From sequence record MZ475893.1: a stretch of DNA of 64,000 nucleotides. One strand, given 5' to 3'. The first letter of the stretch is position 1, and the number at the start of each line of letters is the position of its first letter. Below the pieces are notes generated by a model. The model made no database searches. It was given only the letters and a program-made list of their open reading frames with translations, and had not been told where the DNA came from. Shown one piece after another: positions 1-9,892 of the stretch. A program made the position numbers and the translations under genes.

Positions 1-1446
1 CCGAATATCAAAGAAGCGTACAGGACGGCCATGATGGGTCGTCTTGGCGTTTCCCATTTCAGTTCGGAGATCACTCGCAAAGCATTCCGCCGCATTACCA
101 AGCTGGTGGAAGTTAAAAGCGAAATAATTGAATGGGACGACCTGCTGGAAGACCCGAACTTGGCAGAAGAGTTCAGGGATAGTCTGCGTGAAGCAGATGA
201 GAAGCCAGCAAAGAGCATGAAGGGATTCGACCGCGTCTACGACAATCTGGAGAAGTATCGTCAACGCCGTGACATTATGAACATCGGTAAGATGATTGCG
301 AAAGATTTCGGTGAAGCGGATGCCGAAGAGTTCAACGAGCAAGAGTACATGCAAGGCCTGGCTGATAAGCTGGGTCAAGCGCAACGCGGCACTCGTTCGA
401 CCGAGAAAGTGCATACGTTCGGTGGTAAGAAAAGCAACGCTATCAAACTGGCGAAGCAAGTTATCCTGAACCCGAAAGAGGTGATGTACAAGACAGGCTT
501 CAAGAACTACGACAAACGAAATGGCGGTTGGCCTACAACGGGTGTCGTACTCTTAGCAGGTTCTACCTCTGGCGGTAAGTCTGTAATCTCGATGAACATC
601 GCCGATGCAATGGCAAAGATTAATGGCATCCACTGCTTGAAGGTCACCCTTGAGATGACTGCCGAGCAGGAAATGAAGCGTATGCTGTCCATGATCAGCG
701 GCATTGAGTTCAACAAAATCAAGCAGGGCAAGTTATCGAAGCGTGAGCAGAAGCAGTTGATCGAAGCTGCGAAGCAATACGACAAGATCATGACCAAGTC
801 TAAGGGACGTAACTCATTCACGTCTCCTGAGCGCGGCATGTCTATCGATGACGTCCTGTATATGTCTATCCCGTACGGCGTTCACGTAACCTTCATCGAC
901 TACGTTGGTCTGTTAGAAGGTGTGGACAACGACAACCAGTGGCGTGAACTATCCACGATTGTTCGTAAAGCGAAAGTACATGCGAACGCAACAGGTCAGC
1001 TTGTTGTTATCCTGTGTCAGCTTGATGACCAGTCTGGTCGTATTCGTTACTCTGGTGGTATGCGTGAGCACGCCGACGTTGTATGGTCATGGAACTACTC
1101 TGACCCTGAGATTCGTGAAGGTCACGTTATCCCGATGCAGGTAATGAAAGCGCGTGATGGTGAGCTGTTCGAAATGGCAATCGCCGAAGCGTTCCACCTG
1201 ATGCGTGTGTCTGACGCAGAAGAAGGTGCTGAGATCCCTCAACGTGCTACAACGTCAGATGATGTTGGTGGTTCTCCTGCAAAAGGTAATTTCAAGAAGA
1301 AAGGTAAGGGTAAAGACAAGATCGAAATCAAGAAGTCTCGACGTGCAGCAGCAGCGTTCCTATCAAGCGGCAGCGACGATGATGACGACGATGAAGATCT
1401 GCCGAAGAAGAAAAAGAAACGCAAGCAATATGACGTTGCTGCGTAA
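1..1446 (+). CDS. dnaB: DnaB-like replicative helicase (5' truncated by window edge)
   Basis: Walker A LAGSTSGGKS, TLEM, Walker B FIDYVGLL, LCQL, KARDG arginine-finger motif; frame open back to base 1. Confidence 0.9.
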   Translation, partial: PNIKEAYRTAMMGRLGVSHFSSEITRKAFRRITKLVEVKSEIIEWDDLLEDPNLAEEFRDSLREADEKPAKSMKGFDRVYDNLEKYRQRRDIMNIGKMIAKDFGEADAEEFNEQEYMQGLADKLGQAQRGTRSTEKVHTFGGKKSNAIKLAKQVILNPKEVMYKTGFKNYDKRNGGWPTTGVVLLAGSTSGGKSVISMNIADAMAKINGIHCLKVTLEMTAEQEMKRMLSMISGIEFNKIKQGKLSKREQKQLIEAAKQYDKIMTKSKGRNSFTSPERGMSIDDVLYMSIPYGVHVTFIDYVGLLEGVDNDNQWRELSTIVRKAKVHANATGQLVVILCQLDDQSGRIRYSGGMREHADVVWSWNYSDPEIREGHVIPMQVMKARDGELFEMAIAEAFHLMRVSDAEEGAEIPQRATTSDDVGGSPAKGNFKKKGKGKDKIEIKKSRRAAAAFLSSGSDDDDDDEDLPKKKKKRKQYDVAA

Positions 1447-1457
1447 AGGAACTGACC

Positions 1458-1706
1458 ATGAGTGATATTCAGCTACAGGAATTCACGCAAGAAATTCGTG
1501 ATGACCTGTCGAAAGACTTTGTGTATCACATCCGTACCAAGGACGGTACGGAGCACACTGGTATGTGGCCCAACTATGCAGGCTTTCATTGTCTCAACCC
1601 AAATGAGGGCAAGCGCATTAGTATGGATGATGTTACGCACATCAGTGAGCAAATGACCTTCGACGATCACTCAGACAAATACGTCTTCAATCGTGAAAAA
1701 GTTTGA
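1458..1706 (+). CDS. hypothetical protein
   Basis: 82 aa ORF, AAGGA RBS, packed in operon. Confidence 0.7.
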   Translation: MSDIQLQEFTQEIRDDLSKDFVYHIRTKDGTEHTGMWPNYAGFHCLNPNEGKRISMDDVTHISEQMTFDDHSDKYVFNREKV

Positions 1707-2490
1707 GGGTCCATACGGGCTAGTTGAGTCCGATAACCTTGTCCCACGTTGGACGTACCCTATTGTGCATGGTAGAGTTCGTCAGGTAGAAGCGTGGGAA
1801 CTTGATACGCTACCAAACGTTTCCACAGAAGTCCGTATGGTAAACGATATTCATGCAATTCACAGCACCCCCGTAGAGGATTATGATGACACAATCGACC
1901 TCGAAGCAGAAGCCGAAACGTATTCAAAAACTGAATCCCGACTTCTTATCAAACCTAAGCTCAATGAAATCAGAGCCCGTAAAAACCAAAGTAACACTGG
2001 TCCAGAGAACGTCTTCTCTGTAGCTCCTGAAGTTCTTGACCGTACGCTGGACAGCATTGATCAGCACAGCGAATCCTTCCGCGATTATCTGTTGCATCAA
2101 GTGTTCAGCCCAATCTTAGGCTTTGATATAGCGGCGGGTGAAGTCGAAGCAATTGCGCGTGATTGTCTCAAGACACCTCTTGAGATCGACAGTGAACTCG
2201 TTCCTTATCTCGAACGAATCGGACTTGCTAATATCATAGGAGTGATGTTGGGCAAATCTGAGTCTGTACCAGAAATCGTGCGTGCAGACGTACTCAAAGA
2301 CTGGCTGATTAAGTCATTCGATGATATTCGTTTAGACAATAAAACGAAAGCTAACGGTACGAAGCTGCGTGATCAAATACGCCGCCTGATGCACGGTAAC
2401 GACGAGCTGGTTGCTCAAGGTGCTGGCATTGGTTCTACCCGAGGTTATTCGGAAGCGAGGAAGCAACAGAAAGAAAATGGCAAAGCCTAA
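1693..2490 (+). CDS. hypothetical protein directly upstream of terminase
   Basis: 265 aa ORF overlapping neighbours; no recognised motif. Confidence 0.75.
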   Translation: MKKFEGPYGLVESDNLVPRWTYPIVHGRVRQVEAWELDTLPNVSTEVRMVNDIHAIHSTPVEDYDDTIDLEAEAETYSKTESRLLIKPKLNEIRARKNQSNTGPENVFSVAPEVLDRTLDSIDQHSESFRDYLLHQVFSPILGFDIAAGEVEAIARDCLKTPLEIDSELVPYLERIGLANIIGVMLGKSESVPEIVRADVLKDWLIKSFDDIRLDNKTKANGTKLRDQIRRLMHGNDELVAQGAGIGSTRGYSEARKQQKENGKA

Positions 2491-5311
2491 GAAGGGTCCA
2501 GCCTTTCAACTTCGTCCCAAGCGCATAGCTGCATTCGATGCACTGCTTGGCGATGATTTTGAGGAGGCTTCATCTGAGGCGGAAGGGTTAGACTTCCTCT
2601 CAGAAAATAGCGCTAATGCCATAGACTTCCTTGAGAAAGGGGAAGTGAACGTAGTTGACTTGGTAGAGAGTGCGCTAGAGCAGCGTACCCTCGTACCACG
2701 CGACTTGAAGTTCGATGATAGCTCAATGCCGAAAGCAAAGAACTTCTTGGACTGGTGTACTAATCCAAAGTTCCTTAAAGCTGAGCCGTATCTTGAGCAG
2801 GCCATGATCGGTCTGCGTTTGTTCGGTGAGATCTGCGTAAGATGTTCGCCTAACCTACAATGGATGTATACAGAGAATCATGAGCCGCAGGAGGGTACTG
2901 CCGCTATCGGGAAGCATTTGCATCTTCTCCATAACGGTGTGTGTCCTCACTGCGGCGCTCGTCGTTCTGATATGATTCGTAACAAGGAGATTAACTTCTA
3001 CAACGAGCTGGCAGTGAATGCCGGTCAGCGTTGTGTGATTGCGTCTACGCCTGTAGCGACGAACAACGGCATCATGCCTATCGGTCACATGATGATCGGT
3101 CATGACACGCCTGGCTTCCACAAGCCTCGTCGCAATTTCAGTGCGCACAACGGACGTGAGATCAAAAAAGTTAGTCAGGTATATGTGTCAAGCGAGAGTC
3201 CGACTAAGGTCATTACACTCGCTAACGGCATTTGGATTGAAGCAACCCACGATCACCCTATTCGCACAGAGACGGGCTTTAAGAAGACCGATAAACTCGT
3301 GCGTGGTGAACGTGTTGAAGTAGCTGTCGGCACGAACACGTGGGGCAAGATACAGCGTCCTACGACGATCTACGAAGCTGGGTTGTCTACGCGTGAAGAT
3401 GCGTTGCGATACATTGCAGACAGATCGATTCCGTTCGGCGAAAGCAAGCTACAGTACGTCTCAGACGACCCTGATGCGATTCAGATGGTGTGGTCTATTC
3501 TGCTTAACGCGGGATTTGTACCGAGCGTGCTCAGAGGCTCAGAAGGCCGTAGCGTTCTCTACTCTCTGACAGATACACCTCAGCGTTGTTCGAAGCACAT
3601 CGAGATCATGTTCGTTGAAGAGGGCACGCCGCAGATAACATACGACTTGCAGATGGAAGGTCTGCCTCAGTTCGTAGCGTCTGGCCTTGTACATCACAAC
3701 AGCGGTAAGTCAGTTGTTGTTGCAATGATCTCTACCTATCTGACGCACAGACTGCTTATGTCGCAGTCGCCTACGGGCATCTTGAGCATCGATAGCACAA
3801 CCGTATTGCACGGTACGTTCGTTGCTCTTACCCAGAAGCAAGCGGCAGATACACTGTGGACTCCCTACTTCAACTACATCATGGGCAGTCCTTGGTTCCA
3901 AGCATACCATGACCTGATTCGTAAACACGAACGGCGCTATGGTATCGAAGTAATGAAGATTCGTGACACGTTCATATTGTACGGTCACCGTAGCTTTGTT
4001 ATTTATCCTGCAGGTCCTGATGGACGTATTCTTCGTGGTCGAACCCGTGTACTAGCGGTAATCGATGAAGTGGCGTATTTCGACAACGACGCCCAATCGA
4101 AGAAAATCAAAGTCAGTGCTAATGCCGTGTACGGCGCTCTCGACCGCTCGCTCGCCACTGTGCGTGCTAAGGAGAAGCGGCAAGTCGAAGCCGGATATGA
4201 TGAGGCGTTTACGGGCTACTTCTGCAACATTAGTAGCCCGGTACATGCACGCGACAAGATCAATGAACTGATGCGCATGGCAGTTGACTCGAAAACGTTG
4301 CTGGGCATTCATGCTCCTACGTGGAAGATGAACCCAGACATGCCGCGTGACTCAGAGTTCTTGCTTGAAGCGTTCCGTCGTGACCCTGTTGGTGCGGCGC
4401 GTGACTACGGTGCAGAAGCTCCGTTGTCTGCTAACCCGTTCATCACTCAGCCTATCTTTATCGAGCAGGCGATACGTGAGAAGGGTCGTTCGCTGTGCAG
4501 TTACACGCATCATATTCTACGTCACAAAGACGGACAGAGACAGCGTTACGGGTCACTCGTTAAAGCAGTTGAGACAAACAAGAACAGCATCCTCGCAATC
4601 GATGCAGGCTATTCCAACAACAGCTTCTCGCTGGTGACAGGTAGCCGTGACGAAGCAGGGATCATCTCGGTAGACTGCGTTGTGGAGATCATTCCTAAGC
4701 CAGGCATACCTCTCAACTACACGATGATATTCGATGAACTGCTTGTGCCTCTGTGTCGCCTGCGTAACGTTCGCGTAATGCTTGCTGACCAATGGCAGTC
4801 CCTCAAGTTGCTGCAAGATGCGAAGATCAAATGTCCTTCAATCGAAGCTGCCGACAAGTACAGCCTCAAGTATGAGGACATGTGGACAGTTAAGACGATG
4901 TTTGAATCTCAGCCGTCGCGTATCAGTCTGCCTCGTATGGGCTTTGCTAAGACCATTCAGGAGACGTTGCAGTATAACGGTGACGAGTACCCACACTGCT
5001 TTGAGAACAAGCCTACAGAGCACTTGATAATGCAGCTACAGACTGTGCAAGACACAGGCCGTGGCGTTATCAAGAACACAGGTGCAACAGATGACTTGTG
5101 GCGTGCTATGGCTCTCATGGTGTACGGCTTTGAGTGTGGTGAATATGAGGAGTTCTTGTCCACTCCTGCGAAAATCAGCGTTAACCGTGACCCGAATCGT
5201 CTGGGTCGTGTTGCTGGTCGTCTCAACAAAGGCGTTGCAGGGTCTAGTGGTAAGACAGCTCCTACTCGCGTTCTTGGTAGCGCTGCGACTCGTATGATTG
5301 GTCGCAAATAA
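2477..5311 (+). CDS. terL: terminase large subunit, intein-containing
   Basis: After intein removal Walker A reads NAGQR-SGKS; GRILRGRT and Walker B VIDEVAYF; C-terminal RNase H-like AIDAGYSNNSF ... TDDLWRA; start placed at ATG 2477 (MAKPKK). Confidence 0.85.
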   Translation: MAKPKKGPAFQLRPKRIAAFDALLGDDFEEASSEAEGLDFLSENSANAIDFLEKGEVNVVDLVESALEQRTLVPRDLKFDDSSMPKAKNFLDWCTNPKFLKAEPYLEQAMIGLRLFGEICVRCSPNLQWMYTENHEPQEGTAAIGKHLHLLHNGVCPHCGARRSDMIRNKEINFYNELAVNAGQRCVIASTPVATNNGIMPIGHMMIGHDTPGFHKPRRNFSAHNGREIKKVSQVYVSSESPTKVITLANGIWIEATHDHPIRTETGFKKTDKLVRGERVEVAVGTNTWGKIQRPTTIYEAGLSTREDALRYIADRSIPFGESKLQYVSDDPDAIQMVWSILLNAGFVPSVLRGSEGRSVLYSLTDTPQRCSKHIEIMFVEEGTPQITYDLQMEGLPQFVASGLVHHNSGKSVVVAMISTYLTHRLLMSQSPTGILSIDSTTVLHGTFVALTQKQAADTLWTPYFNYIMGSPWFQAYHDLIRKHERRYGIEVMKIRDTFILYGHRSFVIYPAGPDGRILRGRTRVLAVIDEVAYFDNDAQSKKIKVSANAVYGALDRSLATVRAKEKRQVEAGYDEAFTGYFCNISSPVHARDKINELMRMAVDSKTLLGIHAPTWKMNPDMPRDSEFLLEAFRRDPVGAARDYGAEAPLSANPFITQPIFIEQAIREKGRSLCSYTHHILRHKDGQRQRYGSLVKAVETNKNSILAIDAGYSNNSFSLVTGSRDEAGIISVDCVVEIIPKPGIPLNYTMIFDELLVPLCRLRNVRVMLADQWQSLKLLQDAKIKCPSIEAADKYSLKYEDMWTVKTMFESQPSRISLPRMGFAKTIQETLQYNGDEYPHCFENKPTEHLIMQLQTVQDTGRGVIKNTGATDDLWRAMALMVYGFECGEYEEFLSTPAKISVNRDPNRLGRVAGRLNKGVAGSSGKTAPTRVLGSAATRMIGRK
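3032..3700 (+). mobile_element. intein (223 aa) in terminase Walker A, endonuclease degenerate or absent
   Basis: Starts CVIASTPV, block B IEATHDHPI, ends YDLQMEG...GLVHHN followed by +1 Ser. Confidence 0.9.
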
Positions 5312-5313
5312 GC

Positions 5314-5319
5314 TAATTT
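5314..5319 (+). promoter_or_regulatory. TAATTT motif (putative late promoter)
   Basis: Intergenic, 29 nt before ATG 5349; recurs at similar spacing before other structural genes. Confidence 0.45.
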
Positions 5320-5348
5320 AACCAAGAAAGCCACTTGAGGAAAAGATC

Positions 5349-5567
5349 ATGGAAAACAAGTTTTACAACCCACTGACAGCCGCCGAGACTGTAAAGTCAC
5401 AGTCAAGCACGGATAAGGCAGAAAGTACGAGCGGTGCATTTCAAGTTGAAAACCCGAACGTCTGTCCTAAGTGCGCATCGTCCACTGTTCCTACTCAGTT
5501 ACTTGACGGGGAACAGGTGATGTTCTGCACATCCTGCCGTGTGAGTCTCGCCATTCCATTGAAGTGA
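5349..5567 (+). CDS. small zinc-ribbon protein
   Basis: CPKC...CTSC; GAGG RBS. Confidence 0.7.
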   Translation: MENKFYNPLTAAETVKSQSSTDKAESTSGAFQVENPNVCPKCASSTVPTQLLDGEQVMFCTSCRVSLAIPLK

Positions 5568-5574
5568 GGTTATA

Positions 5575-7500
5575 ATGGGCATTCGTGTCGGACGCCAGTA
5601 CACTGGCTCTCCACCGGAGGAGGCCAAGAAAAAGAAACAGTCTACTCTTGGCTCCGCATCCCTCCCCCGAGCAGTAGGCGAAGCTATCCGCAGTGAGAGT
5701 TCGAAGCGTCACACAGAGTTTCTTTCTCAGTCTGCTGGTGGCGCAGGAATGGCTGCTGGTAATATGCAGATTGGTACCGTACCGCTAGACATTGACTTAG
5801 AGCCAATGATGGAAGGTATGGACTATGATGCTGATGACCGACAGCTATTCAACGTCTACCGCGATATGTATCACTTCGACCCAATCTGCGGCTCTTACGT
5901 GGACTTGTTCTCAACGCTGCCGTTCTCTGATGTGAGTTTCAGTGGCGCGAAGGACAGTGTACTTGAGCCGTATTACGAAGTGAACGAACGTCTGTCACTG
6001 ACGTCCAGTATGCCGAACATCTGTACCGATATTCAGGTTACTGGCGCGTTCATTGGCAGCATGATCTACAACAAAGACCGTAAGAAATTCATCGACCTGA
6101 TGACGCACCGTTACGACAACATCGACGTAACACCGCTTCCGTTTATTAGTCAGGACCCGATGTTTGACTTGCGTATTCCTCAGTACGTGAAGCAGGCCTT
6201 CAACAAAGAAGGCAAGCGAATCGATGCGCTCAAGAAAGAGCTGGGGCCTGGCTTTGTTGAAAAGCTGATGAACGATCAAACGATGGAGCTTGACCCTATT
6301 GGGACAATCTATATCCCTCGCAAGACGTTCACTTTCGGTGAAGGTATCTCTGTATTCCGTCGTGTGTTGCCTATCTGGCTGATTGAGAAGAACCTGTATC
6401 GTGGTACGTTGATCGAATCCGGTCGTCGTCAACGCGGTATTCTTCATGCTCAATTAGGCGATGGCGATCAGTGGGAACCTTCGCAGGAAGAAATGGACTT
6501 CATGACAGACCTGTTGCTGTCTGCTGATAGTGACCCTATCGGTAGTATCATCACAACTCGTCTGGGCGTAAACATTAGTGAGTTCCGTCAAGGCGGTGAC
6601 TTCTGGAAGATTACCGATATCTGGGACCAGACTGCTACGTTTAAGATGCGTGCAATGGGTATCAGTGAAGCCTTCCTAAGTGGTGAAGCCAACTATGATT
6701 CCGGTGCTGCTGGCCTGACTATCTTTGTCGAGGCGATGCGTGCGTTCCGTGATCATCTGACGCGTAAGGTCTACTATGAGAAAGTCTTCCCGCTTATCAG
6801 TATGATGAATGGTCTTGCTGTTCAGCGTAACGGTAAGATCGTTAAGAAGAACAATCTCATGGACGGCGGCCTGACCGAAGTTATGCACAGACTGAATGAC
6901 GGCTCTAAGTTGTTTATCCCGAACGTGCATTGGTCTAAGCAGCTTCGTCCTGATGTTGACCAAGCGATGATGGAAAACTTGCGTGCTATGACTGAGCTGG
7001 GTGTTCCAGTTCCGCTGCGTGCAATCGCATCTGCTGGTGGCTACAACTTCGACCAGATTCTGATGGACCAAGATGAAGACATTGCTATGCGCCGTAAGCT
7101 GATGTCCTATAAGAAGCGTATGGCAGAAGTTGATTCTGAGTTCAAAGCACCAGAAGAAGGCGCGGAAGGTGGCGATAGCTTTAGTTCTGTTTCTAACGAT
7201 CTCAAGCGCCGTCGTCGTCACATTGCAGGTATCGGTTTGTCCTCAGCTGTGCTTGGCGGTGAACGCCGTAAAGGCCTGCTGGGTCGTGATTTCGGTGAGC
7301 AATCCGAAGTCTTCGAGTTCACCAAGACAGGCAAGAAGAAGCACATCATCGGTCAGGCGCGTGCTAACCATAAAGCGAACGATGCTATTTGGAAAGCAGC
7401 ACGTAACTATGAAGCTAACAAAACGATGCCTCTTGATAACGGTAAAGTGTCCTTTGAGCCTACCGCGCAAGAGCTTCGCGCTATGTCGAGACTTCGCTAA
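5575..7500 (+). CDS. probable portal protein
   Basis: 641 aa, directly after terminase, GAGG RBS; size and position typical of portal; no exact motif recognised. Confidence 0.55.
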   Translation: MGIRVGRQYTGSPPEEAKKKKQSTLGSASLPRAVGEAIRSESSKRHTEFLSQSAGGAGMAAGNMQIGTVPLDIDLEPMMEGMDYDADDRQLFNVYRDMYHFDPICGSYVDLFSTLPFSDVSFSGAKDSVLEPYYEVNERLSLTSSMPNICTDIQVTGAFIGSMIYNKDRKKFIDLMTHRYDNIDVTPLPFISQDPMFDLRIPQYVKQAFNKEGKRIDALKKELGPGFVEKLMNDQTMELDPIGTIYIPRKTFTFGEGISVFRRVLPIWLIEKNLYRGTLIESGRRQRGILHAQLGDGDQWEPSQEEMDFMTDLLLSADSDPIGSIITTRLGVNISEFRQGGDFWKITDIWDQTATFKMRAMGISEAFLSGEANYDSGAAGLTIFVEAMRAFRDHLTRKVYYEKVFPLISMMNGLAVQRNGKIVKKNNLMDGGLTEVMHRLNDGSKLFIPNVHWSKQLRPDVDQAMMENLRAMTELGVPVPLRAIASAGGYNFDQILMDQDEDIAMRRKLMSYKKRMAEVDSEFKAPEEGAEGGDSFSSVSNDLKRRRRHIAGIGLSSAVLGGERRKGLLGRDFGEQSEVFEFTKTGKKKHIIGQARANHKANDAIWKAARNYEANKTMPLDNGKVSFEPTAQELRAMSRLR

Positions 7501-7826
7501 TGTATCGCTTCCAGACTTGTCCCATTGAAGGTACGAAGGAGCTGGTGGTATATCGCCACCCTTCGTTCTCCAACTACGGTCTGGCCTTAAAGGTAAATCG
7601 CACTGGTGAGCAAGACGCTGTTCAGTGCGATATTGTCTCAGGCAACATTGATGGCGTCTCTCGTCTGGACGCTATTACAGACCATACTGCTCCACTTGAT
7701 GTACAGCTATGGGCTTTTACCTGTATGCACATCTTGCGGGAATCTGTAAATATCGAGAGCATTAATCTTGATACGCTGTTTAGCAATAATGGCGGTATCG
7801 TATACTATGGTACTTCAGGAGAATAA
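7500..7826 (+). CDS. hypothetical protein
   Basis: 108 aa, TAATG coupling to upstream gene. Confidence 0.7.
   Translation: MYRFQTCPIEGTKELVVYRHPSFSNYGLALKVNRTGEQDAVQCDIVSGNIDGVSRLDAITDHTAPLDVQLWAFTCMHILRESVNIESINLDTLFSNNGGIVYYGTSGE
7744..7751 (+). promoter_or_regulatory. CTGTAAAT motif (putative phage promoter)
   Basis: One of at least 11 exact + strand copies, near 3' end of a gene. Confidence 0.45.
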
Positions 7827-7828
7827 TC

Positions 7829-8215
7829 GTGAGCGGAATGTTTCCTCATCATGTAATTGAACAAAAGAAAGGCTTCGTGTTTATCGTCACTCCTATTGAG
7901 GACGATCCAGACAGTCTCGAAGCTGCGGAAGAAGTGCGTGCCGTCCTCGAAGAGTCGTGGCCTACTGCACCTTCTGAGTTGACCGTGGACGACGTTCGCG
8001 ATCCTGAAGAAGCTGAGTTAATCTTGGCTGACATTCTGGAGGTTCTGGGCGAAGCAGAATCTGAGTACGCGAACAAAGTCCTGATCAATAGCGTGATTGT
8101 TGTCGGCGCTCTGGCCATCGTTAACGTCCTGCTGCTGGACGAAGAAGTCAATTCCGAAGAAGAGGAAGAAGACGATGACGCTGATCAGTCTGCGGACGAA
8201 GAAGAGTTCGAATAA
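7829..8215 (+). CDS. highly acidic hypothetical protein
   Basis: 128 aa, D/E-rich C-terminus, GGAG RBS. Confidence 0.7.
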   Translation: MSGMFPHHVIEQKKGFVFIVTPIEDDPDSLEAAEEVRAVLEESWPTAPSELTVDDVRDPEEAELILADILEVLGEAESEYANKVLINSVIVVGALAIVNVLLLDEEVNSEEEEEDDDADQSADEEEFE

Positions 8216-8223
8216 CGTAGACC

Positions 8224-8245
8224 GTGAGGACCTTCGGGTCCTCAT
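8224..8245 (+). other. stable C(UUCG)G stem-loop overlapping next start codon
   Basis: GTGAGGACC-TTCG-GGTCCTCAT, no U-tract; ATG at 8244 lies in the 3' arm. Confidence 0.7.
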
Positions 8246-8378
8246 GAATCTAACAGACAAGCATCCCGTACTTGCCGCCAAGTATCTCACTAATCAGACC
8301 CCTGTGTATGCGCGTGCGTTACTTGATGAACTCAACAACGAGGAAGTATCTGACCTCTACTATCAAATGGTAGCATGA
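8244..8378 (+). CDS. small hypothetical protein (44 aa)
   Basis: MNLTDKHPVLAAKY...; stop overlaps next ATG. Confidence 0.5.
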   Translation: MNLTDKHPVLAAKYLTNQTPVYARALLDELNNEEVSDLYYQMVA

Positions 8379-8857
8379 TGGACAAAACAGAGAGCGCAAG
8401 CTCCAATAGCGAAAGGCACCGAATCTATTTCAGGCAGCCGCAACGAGTACCTCCCTTCGATACAGCTTTTGTTCGTGCGTCAGACACCACGAGCCTCAAG
8501 CTGCTTCTCTCGGCTGCTCCTGAACATTGTCAGATCATATTGTTTACGGACGGCACCGGCACTGCTTATGCCATGAAACGCCTCTTTAAGCGCAAATTCC
8601 TTTTGAACTCTCAAGCTCTACAACTCGATCTGCCTACGATAACACTCACGGGTCAGGTCGTTTATCAGTTCGTTCGCGGCGGCTCTGTGCGCGACAAACT
8701 GAGTCGTTACTTCTGTGCTGGACCAAGCTATCTGCATGAGCTGGCACAAACGTCCGTTGAATCAGACGTTCTCGATATGTTCTGTTTGGGCTTAGACTTC
8801 CATACGGTATTGCGTGCGAGGGAGCGTGGCCGTTCTATTGTCTTTACGGAGGAATAA
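8375..8857 (+). CDS. hypothetical protein
   Basis: 160 aa, translationally coupled. Confidence 0.7.
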   Translation: MMDKTESASSNSERHRIYFRQPQRVPPFDTAFVRASDTTSLKLLLSAAPEHCQIILFTDGTGTAYAMKRLFKRKFLLNSQALQLDLPTITLTGQVVYQFVRGGSVRDKLSRYFCAGPSYLHELAQTSVESDVLDMFCLGLDFHTVLRARERGRSIVFTEE

Positions 8858-9885
8858 TGGGAAGAACGTTTGCGTCAGTGACTCGCCACTCACCTGTCGC
8901 TCAAATACCTAAGATGGAAATCAAATACGGTAAGAAGCCTATGCTTCACGTAGTTGATGCATCGAACTGGATGTGTCGTGCTTACTTTGCCACACGCGAT
9001 AAGCCTGTGTATGCATCAGACGGTACGCCCATCTACGGCCTGCGCCAGTTTCTGTATATGGTTCAGGACCTGATTGACATAGCAGCCAAAGACCCTAACG
9101 GTTGCTACATTGCTTTCTGCTTCGACCCAAGCTCAAACGAAACGTGGCGTTATCGTGCTCTGCAAAACTGGGCAGCAACCAAGAAGAAGAAATTCATCAG
9201 AGGCGTGTTCAAGAAAAGCAGCGACTATAAAGGCAACCGAGACCGCTCTCAAACAGCCGAGCTTGGTGTGCAGATGATTTTAGCGCGGCAGATTCTTGAA
9301 CTTGCAGGCTTCTATGTTGGCCTGAAAAAGCCATACGAGTGCGACGACCTTGTAGGAACTATCTGCCATAGATTCAAGCGCAAGTATCTGATCAAACTCT
9401 ACTCACGCGATAAGGACTATGTACAGCTTGTTGATCACAAGAACGTTGAACTCATTATGCAGGCGCAGTCTAACGCAAAAGAACGCCGCTTCGATTTCAA
9501 AACAGCGAAAGGCTTCTTCGGTGTTCCTGCCGACCGTGTTATCGATATGCTCGCGCTGTGCGGTGATGGTGTCGATAACGTTCCAGGCATTCCTGGTATT
9601 GGCGAGAAGACTGCTATTGAACATATTCATCGCCACGGTGGTGCTATTGAACTTCGTGACGCTCTGCTTAATGGCAAAGTGAAATCGAATGCAGGCTGGG
9701 CTAAAGCATTGCGCTCAGAGATTCCTTCGATGGACCTTGAACTCCAGATGGAACTTGTCACTATCTGCCGCAACGTGCCTGGCATGCCTCGCACTATTGA
9801 TGCCTTTGCTAATCGCACGCCCGATGTTAAAGCGCTCAAAGCAGTTAAGAAGCGTCTGGGCCTGACTAAACTATTACACGTATAG
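8857..9885 (+). CDS. 5'-3' exonuclease / flap endonuclease (PolI N-terminal, T4 RNase H / T5 D15 family)
   Basis: VVDASNWMCRAYF, YECDDLVGT, SRDKDYVQLV, LCGDGVDNVPGIPGIGEKTA (H3TH motif). Confidence 0.92.
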   Translation: MGRTFASVTRHSPVAQIPKMEIKYGKKPMLHVVDASNWMCRAYFATRDKPVYASDGTPIYGLRQFLYMVQDLIDIAAKDPNGCYIAFCFDPSSNETWRYRALQNWAATKKKKFIRGVFKKSSDYKGNRDRSQTAELGVQMILARQILELAGFYVGLKKPYECDDLVGTICHRFKRKYLIKLYSRDKDYVQLVDHKNVELIMQAQSNAKERRFDFKTAKGFFGVPADRVIDMLALCGDGVDNVPGIPGIGEKTAIEHIHRHGGAIELRDALLNGKVKSNAGWAKALRSEIPSMDLELQMELVTICRNVPGMPRTIDAFANRTPDVKALKAVKKRLGLTKLLHV

Positions 9886-9892
9886 GAATGAT

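Noticed and set aside
2411-2476. N-terminal extension of the terminase given in the ORF track
   Set aside because: TTG start inside the upstream gene; ATG 2477 (MAKPKK) fits the overlap pattern better. Similar upstream extensions were trimmed for several other ORFs (e.g. 31507, 38092, 49764, 55649, 61986).
1693-2490. Small terminase subunit call based on position
   Set aside because: Adjacent to terL, but no HTH or other recognisable motif; left as hypothetical.
7769-7806. Host sigma70 promoter (TTGATA or TTAGCA with TATACT)
   Set aside because: Spacing between the candidate -35 and -10 elements is not 16-18 nt.
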